A stretch of DNA of 32,000 nt from Wallemia ichthyophaga EXF-994 (lineage: Eukaryota; Fungi; Basidiomycota): NCBI RefSeq assembly GCF_000400465.1, contig NW_008806281.1, positions 330,001 through 362,000 on the forward strand. Reading direction: 5' to 3'. The translations under genes were made by a program, and so were the position numbers. Positions 11,492 to 22,389 of this stretch are shown piece by piece. Each line of letters begins with the position of its first letter. Position 1 is the first letter of the stretch. Under the pieces are notes generated by a model. It saw nothing but the letters and a program-made list of their open reading frames with translations. It ran no database searches and was not told the DNA's origin.

Positions 11492-12019
11492 CTGAGCTGA
11501 TTAAGCTTATAAATGCAAAAGAGTAAATAGAATTTCGCGACAGCAGAGTAATCTCGATCCGTCCTGACGAAACCAAGCTTTCGAGAAATCGATGAAAGAT
11601 ATGTTTATATTCTTGCTTCAAATTGTAGAAAACGGACAAGAAAACAGAAGGTCATGGGACACGGATACATACTTTTACAATTTAACGTGGTGAAAACAAT
11701 CTAATATGATACTTTTTTTTTCTTATTTGAGATTGACAGCGAAGCTCATATAGTGTTGATTCAATTTAAACGACAAAGTTCGGTAAAATATTCTTTTCAG
11801 GGCATGCAATTATTTATTTATCATTACCTTAGTACAACAATAACAAGATTGAAAAGTACGACTTCAAATCTTGTACTGAATTTTGCATTGATGAAAAAGT
11901 TCTTCATGATGTAAGTTTGTCGACTCAAATTAAAATCAAAATGTGATGCACTTGTCGTTTATTCGTAGAAATTCTGATTTCTTTTCATTTTATTTATGCA
12001 TAAGCTTTTGTCAGCTTAA
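11492..12019. other. 528-bp AT-rich spacer/central core of the inverted repeat
   Basis: Sequence between the identical arms; spot-checked 60-nt lines are 27-28% GC; no credible ORF. Confidence 0.9.
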
Positions 12020-14470
12020 AAAATCGATTGCAATGCAAACGACCAGTAAAATGTCGATGTAGGACTTAGTGACAATTTGACGGTAATTAAACAATAATGT
12101 CAACAATGGCCTTGAATTTTGTAGATGAAGCAATACTTTGCGTAATTTTTACAATTAATTTATATTTGATATGTGAAGGGTTAGTGGTAAAATCTGATCT
12201 ATTATCAAAATCATTGACGTTAATGTCTTGAAAACTTCCTATAACACACGATACACAGGAAACTTTTCAGTGACATTGGTTACGATAATCTCTGTCGTTT
12301 AATGTCAAACACCCTTGTAAAGAATAAAAGTTACGTTATTTTTAATGATTGTAACAAAAATATAATAAATTATTGAGAAATTGGCTGCTTAAAGAGCTCT
12401 TAAGATATAAAAAGACTATGCAAAGAAAAATCATAGTGAAATGATTAGAAACAAAGTTATTTCGCGATGATTATTTTATCAGGAAAGCTTCGTGATTTAT
12501 GACCTTCTCTTTGAATTTGCTAAATACCATTGACTTCCCTATTGATCATCAACTGATTAATTAGCTAAACAAAAGTAATCACTGAGCTTTCTTATTGTTT
12601 AAATCCTTTGTCTTCTTTGATTTTAAACAGTGACTCCTTCTTCTTTACGGTTTCTGATTATCCGGCGTTGTAAAGCATTTTTGAGACACCATTAACATTT
12701 ACAAATGAGCACTTCTCAAATAGTTAGGGGCCAAATGCCAGTTAAAAGGGTCATGTACGTCATCAGGGGTGGTGTCCTTAGGCACAATTAGGAAAAGGTC
12801 GCATCTGGCATCAATTTAAATTGAATAATGATAGTCAATAATTCTAGTTTAGTGGTATAGCTAGCCAGTAAACTCGATTATTTTCATCAAATTCGAAAGG
12901 GTAGGGCTCCGACTGCCAAAGTGATTAATAACCTTAAGTTAACAATGAAAGTCTAATATACAATTCTGCAAACTTAGACAGCTATTAATGATGAAAATTT
13001 CTGCTCTTCTTTTGATTCTATAGTTACCCTTTAATCACAATTAGGAAGCTTTTCACGCAAGAAAGGCTGAGTCATTATGTGGCTCGAGCCTATTGAAATC
13101 GTAATGAGATAGTAACAGGAATGAGGTTGTAACGATCGCATTACTTTAACTGACATATTAAACTCTGATAAGACATATTCCCTACTTCCGTCATCAACTC
13201 AGTTGTTAACATACACCAGCGACGTGTTAAGTACTGATGAGACATATTGATTTGTGAACAGAAACTTTAACGATATATTATCACGGCTTTGTCTAATAGT
13301 TTGACAGTACCACCTTTCGATCATGAACAAGCTTCAGCCAAGCGATAACGCTCAGCTCACAAAACATTATAAACCATATAGGGCTAGTCAGGAACGAATG
13401 AATAATTGTTGAGTATAAATATGACTTCCCTTATGACATCCTAGTGCTCAAGTTCTGGCATGATGAAAAGTAGGGGATTGTCATCCTGAATATTGCGTAA
13501 TGATTACTGAATTTAAAAATACCACAGTTCCAAAAGAGCACCATACTGTACGGCTTTTCAGCTTCCCCTAAAAGTAGCCAGTCTTTGTGCGTGCTGTTAG
13601 GTGAGATGGGTTGGGGGGAAGGGATCGCCATTTGATGTGATGCCTATTCATTCGTGAACTTTTTAGAGTTTGAAAGACCAAAGAGATGGATTATGGAGTC
13701 ACTTTTCATTTTCCCCTAAAAGTTACCTGACCTAGTGCATGTCAGTAGGCAAAGTATTGGGTGAATCACGATCCTGATTAGGGAAAAAAGTGATTTCTGG
13801 CTTTTTAGAAGACGACAGGCCGAAACATATTTGATATCAGGTCACCTGCTGCTACTTTAGCGGCGTATTAAGATGGAAATACGAAACTTTCAACCCATTT
13901 TCCGTATGGACGTTATGCTGGTTGAAAGGACATCGGCAGGGTTGTGCTGTACAACAAGCTGACGAACTTGAAAGGCTCACTGAGGACACAGGGTTTAGGT
14001 AAATGGTAAGCTAACCTAATGCACGTATTGTGGAATTTGAATAGTAGGTTGATTGTGACTCTAATTAGTGCGTAATGTTTTCCTAATTTTCAGCATAATA
14101 ATGGCACAACTTTGGCTTTCTTGGGTTCCTTTTCAATTGCACCTCAATGTACCCTAACATAATGCATGCATTTGGCATTTTGAGTAGTGAGTGGGGTGTA
14201 TTATGATTTTAATTAGTTTAAAATTATCTTAGAAGCTTAAGTAAGAGAATAGTTCCATCTACGAACTCTTTTTCCGGCACTTTACATTTGCCTTCATCTA
14301 AATCATGCATTCTGAAAAGTGATCGCATTTCGACTCTTAACTTGTGCATGATGTACCTTGACATTTGAGTATGAAATACGCATATCGCTTTCGGTTCTTG
14401 TTTTTCTTCTGTTTTCAAGTGTTTACCTTTATCGTTCTCTATGCTTTCTCAGCCTTAGCTATTACTAATT
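12020..14470 (-). repeat. Right arm of giant inverted repeat (2451 bp)
   Basis: Reverse complement of 9041-11491 with 4 mismatches (12567, 12545, 12538, 12530). Confidence 0.99.
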
Positions 14471-15069
14471 CAATAATATATCTATGACTTTTGCTTGCAA
14501 TTCGTAAAACGTACACACCAACAAAGCGAGCAGTGGTAATAAATAGGGCTACATATTGTTTTCACAAGTACTTGTTTTTCTTGACGTTGATATGTTATCA
14601 AGTCTCCTGAACCGCAAATTGGCGTCTTTGGATCTTCTCGACTAGAATAGCATTTTCAAAGAGAGAAAAGTCTTCTAGTCAGTAAAGTTAAAAAGATGTG
14701 CACTCTTGTATCATTCAGCTGTAAAACTCGAAAGTATGCATAATCAGACCGGTGTATTTACCATGCATAATCCTCGAGTTGAGCCTCAAATTGTTTGTGA
14801 ATGATTGCAGGTTACACTAAATTAATTGACTGTATATTTTTTAAGGTTGTAAGTAATCAACTGCTGCCCACTTTTAACGCTTTGAACCATCAGCTCCTCG
14901 AAGCTCACGTCGGCTTCGATTGAAACTGAACCGCCCTCCTAGAGGATAATGACCACAGCACAGGTATCCCTTCACGTTAAAATATAAATCCAAAGGCGAT
15001 TCAATGACTAGTGTACATGTGCAAATTTGGGAAATGCAATATTGATATGCAAGGCAATCGAAGGTATGC

Positions 15070-16858
15070 TCAAAGCATATATCTAAATCCACGCTTGACA
15101 AGTAGAGAGTAATCTATTTTGCGATCAAACTTCTCTGGTACGTCCCATGGGTCGACACCTGGGTACTCCTCTTCCAGCTTTTCTATCTTCTTGTTGATAT
15201 CCTTCAGTATGTATCTAAAGCCTAGGATCGCAAAGCAAGAAAATCCGGTGCAGCTAAGGCAAATTGCGTATGACTGTCTGTAACCGTCCGGGCCGAATTT
15301 GTCTGCATCCCATATGTAGCTACCAGCGATATTACCAATATTGGAGAAAGCATTAACAAAGGCTATGGCAACTGAACGTCTCGATGTCGGGCGAATAAAT
15401 GAGCTTGCAGTGAATGCATAAACGCATATGAAACCACAGTAGCCCAGAGTCATCAAAAACAAGGCAACATACCTAGCGGCCTGGTTTGTAGTTGCCAAAG
15501 CAATTATGAATCCAGCGATGGATATCAGGTTTGAAACTAAAATGTGGAATGTACGCTCTTGGCATCTGTCAGAGTTAACTGACCAAGGGAAAGCGACTAA
15601 AGTTGCGAAGATCCATGGCGGTGCGCACATTAAAAGAGCTCTAGTACCCTCAAATCCCATGTTTTTCGTAAGAGTGGGGAAATAGATGTTGAAACTCAAA
15701 CCTATGACCATACCTGTGAGTGTTAAGGCCAACCACCAGACTTTGTAGTCAGATAAGGCCATTTTCATACCCTCGAGCACCTCTTTCTTTCCACCGACTG
15801 AATCCACCTTTCCAGCATCTTCAGCCATACGACGGATAGCTAGTTTTCTCTGAGAAGGCTATTAACTTAACGTTCATGAAAGGCCAACTGTCTTACCTCC
15901 AATGGTGATAAGAATCTCTCAGTTTCGGGAAAATCCGGTAAAATAAAAACTGAGCAAACAGCAACAAATATTGTAAGCGCGCCTCTGGGGAGACGTAAGC
16001 AAAATTTGGGAAGAATAAATTTTCTCACTCAATGTAAAACAGCCACCTGGTAAATTTTGTAAGTTGATGTAATCTCTATTGAATCTGCTTACCTCCAAGC
16101 TCTATGTCCTAGTTTGCCTTCCATTCCATTGACAATACCAGCGGCTATGAGGTTACCGAAGGCATTTGATATGAGATTACCACAGTAAAGTAAAGTCATT
16201 CTGACACCCAGCTCGTTCTTTTTGTACCATTTAGATAGCAAGAACATGGCACCCGGTAAGAAAGCAGCCTCAATGAAGCCAAGGAAAAACCTTGTCATCA
16301 GAATACCAACATAGTTCTCCGTAATACCAGTGAGTACACTGATCGTTCCCCATATACTCATGGCAGCGCCTATATAAAGCGATGGTCGATTGATGATTGA
16401 GATCAAACCGTTGGAGGGAATTCTAAACAAAGTGAGCTGTGATTATAAGAGGGTAGAAAGAGAAGCTTACTGCATAAGGATGTAGCCTACGTAAAGAATG
16501 CTGATGACAGTTTCGTATCTCTGACCAACGCCAAGTTCCAAGTCCTTTTGCAATCCTTGATAGCGTGCAGCAGGCACGTTGTTTCTGTCAATGTAATTGA
16601 GAATGTAGACTAGAAATCTACTATCAATGATGGTTAATGTAACGTCGAAGCTGACTTACTGATAATCATAATGCTCATCCTCAAATCTGTCTTAAAAACA
16701 AGTTTTCGCTCCATCTTTTTCCTGTTTTCATAGCCACCGAACTCGTCGTCATCGTTGTTGTAAGTTTCTAAATCAACAGTCGTCCCATTACCGGTGTCTG
16801 GTGCTGCTTCGTGCTCCTCGAGCTCGTTCTTAAAGTCTTTGTTTTCCTCGATATTCAT
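15070..16858 (-). CDS. MFS transporter, anion:cation symporter family (Dal5/Tna1-like allantoate/nicotinate permease); about 5 introns
   Basis: Spliced translation gives IYILNYIDRNNVPAARYQGLQKDLEL..ILYVGYILMQIPSN, TRFFLGFIEAAFLPGAMFLLSKWY, WRWLFYIEGALT..ILPDFPE. Canonical GTAAG/GTGAG donors. Confidence 0.9.
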
Positions 16859-17456
16859 TGTCTGAAACTATTATTTGATCTAGTAAATTGACGGAAATTT
16901 TTTTGAGATGAAAGCGATAACTCAGGTAGTATACGACAAAGTTATGAATTGATGAGTTTTAAGTCAGAATGATGACTCAGGAACGATAGGGGCACATGAC
17001 GGTGAATGGACTTGTGACTCTGTCCGGTTCGTTAATCCGAGGAATACAATAATTCGAGATTGAAGAAAGCGAACGCAAAGAACATTATTGACAGTAGACG
17101 CGTTCAATTATAAGCCTTTGAAGTGTCTAAAGACGTAAAAGTCCGTTCCAATCGTTAATTCAAGCAAATTGATGACAGGTGAATTTAATTTAAGTCGGAG
17201 CGCCGAACCCTGAGGAATCATGGAATCATGCGAACTTTATGACTATTACCCGGTCTATGCACTCGTTCACTTTAGCAGTGATAATTGACCACGCCGTGCA
17301 ACAAAGCATGTAAAGAATGAGAGAAATGATCAGCAGAAATAGCCAGTGAATTTAGCCAAATGAATTTAATTTTGATAGATTTTTTTGACTTTGTAAATTT
17401 TCAAATTCAACAAGAAGCCAACGCTCGCGACGCTCGCACCTTGACCCATTTTATCG

Positions 17457-20400
17457 ATGGAGGCCTACGTACAAAATCTCCATAGTCTGCTTGAGCAGAC
17501 AGTCGCGCCAGATACACAGATTATCAAGAATGCTACGGCGACATTAAACGCACAATACTACAAAGCACCTGAGTGCATTCCAGGGCTATTCGAGGTAGTA
17601 GCGTCAAGCCCAATGGATCCAGTCAGGCAATTGGCTGCCGTTGAGCTGCGTAAGAGAGTCAGTAATTCTAATGGTAATCTTTGGAAGAATTGCCCTCAAG
17701 AAATCAGAACTTCAATCAAATCTCGTTTGCTTGAAGTAATTCTGGTTGAGCACAGGTGCGTTAATTAAATCAATTTAGATTTATTCTTACAAGATTTAAG
17801 TAATCTTGTTCGTCACTCATGCGCTCGTGTCATCTCTGCAATCGCTGAGATCGAACTACCATTAAACACTTGGCCAGATCTTTTAAGCTACCTCACACAA
17901 GCTTCTACTTCACCAAACTCTGCGCACCGTGAGATTGGTATTTTTGTTCTCTACGCCCTCCTCGAAACTATCATCGAAGGTTTTGAAAGTCACCTGCCTT
18001 CTCTCTTCGCTCTCTTCGCAAAAAGCATATCAGACCCTGAGAGTTTGGAGGTTAGAGTCACAACCCTCAAAGCCTTAGGAAAGGTCGCTGAGTACATTGA
18101 TATCGATGATAAGAACGATATTGTGAGTTTTGAGTATTCAGATTCACTTTTCTAACAAACCATCAGAAAACCTTCCAAAGTCTTATTGAGCCAATGGTTA
18201 TCGTCCTCCAACAAGCCTTGGAAGCCGGTCAAGAGGACTCCGTAAAAGCTGGTTTTGACGTTTTCGAAACAATGTTGATCATAGTACGTGAAATCACACC
18301 GTTCAAAGTTCATTTTTGACGCTCGAATCAGGAAGCACCACTCCTTTCAAAGGCTATACCAGACCTCGTTCAATTTTTCTTAACTTCAGCCTCAAATTCA
18401 AACTACGAAGACTCACTTAGAGTTATGTGTCTTAACTGCTTGCTCTGGACTGTCAAATACAAGAAATCTAAGATTCAGTCCCTTGGTCTTGCCAAGCCAA
18501 TCTTGGAGCGCTTGCTTCCAATCGGTGCTGAAGAAGATCCAGAAGACATTGATGAAGATTCACCTTCTAGATTATCTTTCCGTGTTTTAGACACTTTAGC
18601 AACATCTTTACCACCATCGCAAGTGTTCCCTCCTCTTTACCAACAATTACGTGAATACATGAATTCCCCACAAGCACCACTACGTAAATCAGCAATGATG
18701 GCCTTCGGTGTCACCGTGGAAGGATGCTCAGAGTTCATTAGACCTCACATTGATGAGCTTTGGCCATTCATCGACGCTGGTTTGCAAGATGGCGAACCAA
18801 TAGTCCGCAAGGCTGCTTGTGTGGCTTTGGGTTGTATTTGTGACATGTTGGGTGATGAAGCTGCGGAGAGACACGGTGTGTTGCTCCCATTAGTTTTCAA
18901 CCTTATGAACGATGAAGCAACTCAACGTCCAGCCTGTACCGCACTTGATGCCCTTTTGGAAGTTCTTGGAGAGGACATCAACCAGTACCTTCCAATGCTC
19001 ATGGAGAGATTAGTTGGATTGCTGTCGACAGCCCCACTAGCAGTTAAGAGTACAGTTACTGGTGCAATTGGTTCAGCCGCTCACGCTGCCAAGACTCAAT
19101 TCGTACCCTACTTCGCACAAACAATTCAATTGATCCTTCCGTTCCTCAACTTGACGGAAGAGGGTGAAGAAATGGATCTCAGGGGTGTAACAATGGATGC
19201 TGTTGGTACAATCGCCGAAGCAGTCGGACCAGAAGTATTCAGACCTGTCTTCCAAGAAATCATGCAGCAAGCATATGCAGGAATGAACATTGATTCACCA
19301 CGCTTGCGTGAATGTTCTTTCATCTTCTTCACCGTCATGACTAGAGTCTTCGGAGAAGAATTCTCACCATTCCTTGGTGATGTTGTACCAGCTCTTTTGC
19401 GCAGCTTGGGTCAAGACGAAACCGATGATATGGAAGGTGGTGGTGGTGATGGATTGTTCGATGCTGGCGAAGAAAACGTCGAAGATATTGATCCAGAAAG
19501 AATGCTATCAGTAAATAGTGCAATGGCAATCGAGAAAGAGGTAGCTGCAGATGCAATTGGTGAAATTTTTATCAATACCAAGTCAAATTTCCTGCCATTC
19601 GTAGAGGAGTCTGTTGGAAAATTGATTGATCAACTCGAACATTACTACGAAGGTATTAGAAAGAGTGCACTTTCAAGTTTATTTGCTTTCATGTCAGCAT
19701 TCTATGAAATATCTTCACCAGCGCAATGGCAAGCAGGCATTGCTACATCATATCATGAAAATGTTGAAAAGTTGATCGAGCTTGTTTTACCTGCAATCTT
19801 TGATACTTGGGCACAAGAAGATGATAAGCAAGTTGTAACAACGATTGTACAAGAACTTGCTGAAACTCTCAACAAGATGGGACCATCCTTGATTTTAAGA
19901 GATGGCCGCGTTGAAAACGTCTGTAACTCAACCGCTGAGATTTTGAACGGCAAGTCACTTTGTCAACAAGATCCAGATCAGGATGACGAACTAGAGGAGG
20001 ATGTTGAAAATGCAGAGTATGAGTCAGTACTAATTCAAGCCGCTGGAGACTTAGTTGGTGCATTGGCGACATCAATTGGACAACAATTCTCTGGACCATT
20101 TGGAACATTTTTGCCATTAATTGCCAAATTCTACGGAAAGGGTAGAGCCGTCGGTGAAAGATCATCAGTGATTGGAACCATAGGAGAGATTATCGTTGGA
20201 TTGAAGTCTGGTATTACACCACACACAGAAAATTTACTCAAGTTAATCTTAACTGCACTTTCAGACGAAGAAGCAGAAGTAAGATCTAATGCAGCATTTG
20301 CAACTGGTGTGTTAGTTGAGAACACTGAATTAGACCTCTCAGGTCAATACATGATGATACTATCGTCACTGAAACCGTTGTTTGATGTTGGACATGAGGC

Positions 20401-20767
20401 ACCAAGCCCAGTTTTGAATGCCCGTGATAATGCAGCCGGTGCTACATCAAGAATGATTATAAAAAACGGATCAGCTATGCCATTGGATCAGGTGTTATCA
20501 GTATTAATCAGTGTTCTGCCATTAAGGAACGACTTATTAGAGAATGGCCCAGTTTTCAGAGCTATCTTCACGTTGTTTAGAACTAATGCAAATTTAATAA
20601 TGCCAGAGTTGCCAAATTTGTTGGCTGTTTTCAAGCACGTTCTTGATCCATCATTGCCTGAACAAATCAGTCAAGAGGTCAGATTAGAATTGGTGGAGCT
20701 TATTAAGGCAATCAATCAGCAAACACCGGAACAAGTTGCTCAAGCTGGATTGAATGCTTACATTTAG
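17457..20767 (+). CDS. KAP123: Importin-4 / Kap123 (importin-beta family, HEAT repeats); several short introns in the 5' part
   Basis: IBN_N motif VRQLAAVELRKRV; HEAT-repeat body including LRECSFIFF, IAMEKEV-like AIEKEVAADAIGEIF, EVRSNAAFATG, ARDNAAGATSRMI. Confidence 0.88.
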
Positions 20768-20892
20768 ACCACTAAAGAACCGCATTAATTTCTTGCATTA
20801 AACAGATTTTACGAAGATAATTTAGTAATATAGACCATGTAATACACTCGTTTACTCTTTATATATTGTTTCTCTTATACCTTTCAATATCA

Positions 20893-22354
20893 TCAATCCC
20901 ATAGTGGTTTGAAATTGCCGTTTTGTTGTGTTTCGAGAAGGTCATCATCTTGAAAGTCTGCTTCATCCTGAGTCGATGATTCATCAGAACTTGGATCAAG
21001 GTTCATGTCATCAAGGACGCCTTTCATTTCATCATCGTTCATTCCATCTCTGGCCATTGATGGATCATAATCTTGGATGCTAGCGCCTATAATTTGGGAA
21101 GCAGGCGGTGGAGGTGTAGTTATATCGGTGTCATTTATATTACCCTCAAGTGGTTGACTTAGAAACAAGGGTTGGTCGTTTTCATTCTGTTGGCGCTGGT
21201 CATTGATCTCCTTTTCATGTCGTGGTATATTAGTCTTGGATTGGTTTGTTGATTTGAAAGGTGTAACAGATTCCATGTTAATACGTCGCTTCTTGCGAGT
21301 GGATTGTGGAGGTATAGAAGATTGCATAAAGTTTGAAACATTAACTGTATCAGAGCGCCGACGGTTTTGTAAAATTGCAGTAGGGAGTTTTGGAGTGATT
21401 TGATTAGATCTTTCAGCAACTTGTGAAGGAGTGCTCATTGGGACAGAAGTTGAGAGTATCATTGAAGCTCGCATGTCATCGGCGTCAACGACAACGTGGA
21501 GAGGATCTGGGGCGTTGGTGAACATAAGTCGAATTGGAGCGCCCAAGCCTTCAGCCAACTGAAGAATAGCTTTAAACTCTTTCAAGGAAAAGTTAATGGC
21601 AACATCCTCGTAAACAGCGTAATAATCAAACTCGGTAGTTTCAACTTGAACCAATGTCTGAGTAGACTGATCCTTCAATTTACCTGCAGCAACAGTTTTG
21701 TCGTAATTACTATCTGAGGCATTAGCGAACCTTGCAGAAGATTCAGAACAAATGAGAGTGATGTCATTATTTATATTGAACTGAGTAAAGTGATCTAACC
21801 AATCACGAAGTACGCGGGCATTAGCGATGATTGAGCTAGTACAGAGACTTGGGTCATTTGAAGGTAATGTGAGAGTTGTTGAAGAGTAAATAAGTTTATG
21901 CGTGCGAGTTGCGCCGTTGTTGAAGGAAATTGTTTGAATAAGTCGCGATGAAACATCTTGATCGACAACTTTAAGATTACAGCCGCTGAGATTTCTCTCA
22001 TGGGATTTCAATCTCATTATCGAAAGCAAAGCTCTCGTCATTAATTTAATAGAAATTTCATCATTGAGGATCTTGTAATCGTCAAAGAAGTCTGAAGATA
22101 GCGTGAATATGATGAAACCTGATTTTGTAGAATTTAAAGCGGAAAGTTGCATCTGAAGTTTTAAGTGAGTTGATATTGCCATACATCCTCGCACTCTACT
22201 AACATCTGTATCACAGCATCGTAAAGTCAAGTCATCACTGAATCTAGAAAGGCATTGAAGGAGCTTTGTGAAGTCTGTATTGAAGTTAGATTGAAAATTA
22301 TTACATTCAATTGTAGACACCTTTGATTAAATTATTTGAAATGCTACATTCCAT
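20893..22354 (-). CDS. rad9: Rad9/Ddc1 subunit of the 9-1-1 checkpoint clamp; exons 22354-22321, 22274-22204, 22152-20893
   Basis: Spliced N-terminus [35 protein letters not shown]|[18 protein letters not shown]; [22 protein letters not shown] is typical of Rad9; acidic disordered C-terminal tail. Confidence 0.85.
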
Positions 22355-22389
22355 TTAGTGTACGAGTCTATCCTGCACAACCAACAAGA

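Larger units (their letters stand above)
7716..15069. other. Gene-free interval, candidate regional centromere (IR-core-IR architecture)
   Basis: 7.35 kb without a recognisable gene between two convergent 3' ends, in a genome where other intergenic gaps in the window are 25-770 bp. Contains the long IR, an AT-rich core and nucleosome-length degenerate repeats. The function is inferred. Confidence 0.6.

Noticed and set aside
9093-14418. Paired short ORFs in the IR (9093-9287/14224-14418; 9880-10080/13431-13631; also 11442-11639)
   Set aside because: Only 64-66 aa, TTG or weak starts, no recognisable domain. They are duplicated only because the DNA is an inverted repeat.
9041-14470. Foldback/MITE-like transposon interpretation of the IR
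   Set aside because: There is no target-site duplication at 9040/14471 (..GGAACGT vs CAATAAT..) and no transposase remnant that I could recognise. Diverged homology continues beyond the identical ends, unlike discrete TIR termini. Not fully excluded without a genome-wide copy-number search.
9041-14470. Assembly or amplification fold-back artefact
   Set aside because: Unique gene-bearing flanks lie on both sides, the arms carry clustered differences, and older diverged inverted homology exists outside and inside the identical part. Long-read confirmation is still desirable.
4703-16858. areA plus ACS permease as a nitrogen-utilisation gene cluster
   Set aside because: The genes are 7 kb apart and convergent, with no catabolic enzymes nearby; adjacency is likely coincidental.
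16973-17103. TGACTCA (Gcn4/AP-1-like) at 16973 and ACGCGT (MCB) at 17098, plus another MCB at 30281
   Set aside because: Single 6-7-mers are expected by chance; plausible but unsupported without expression data.
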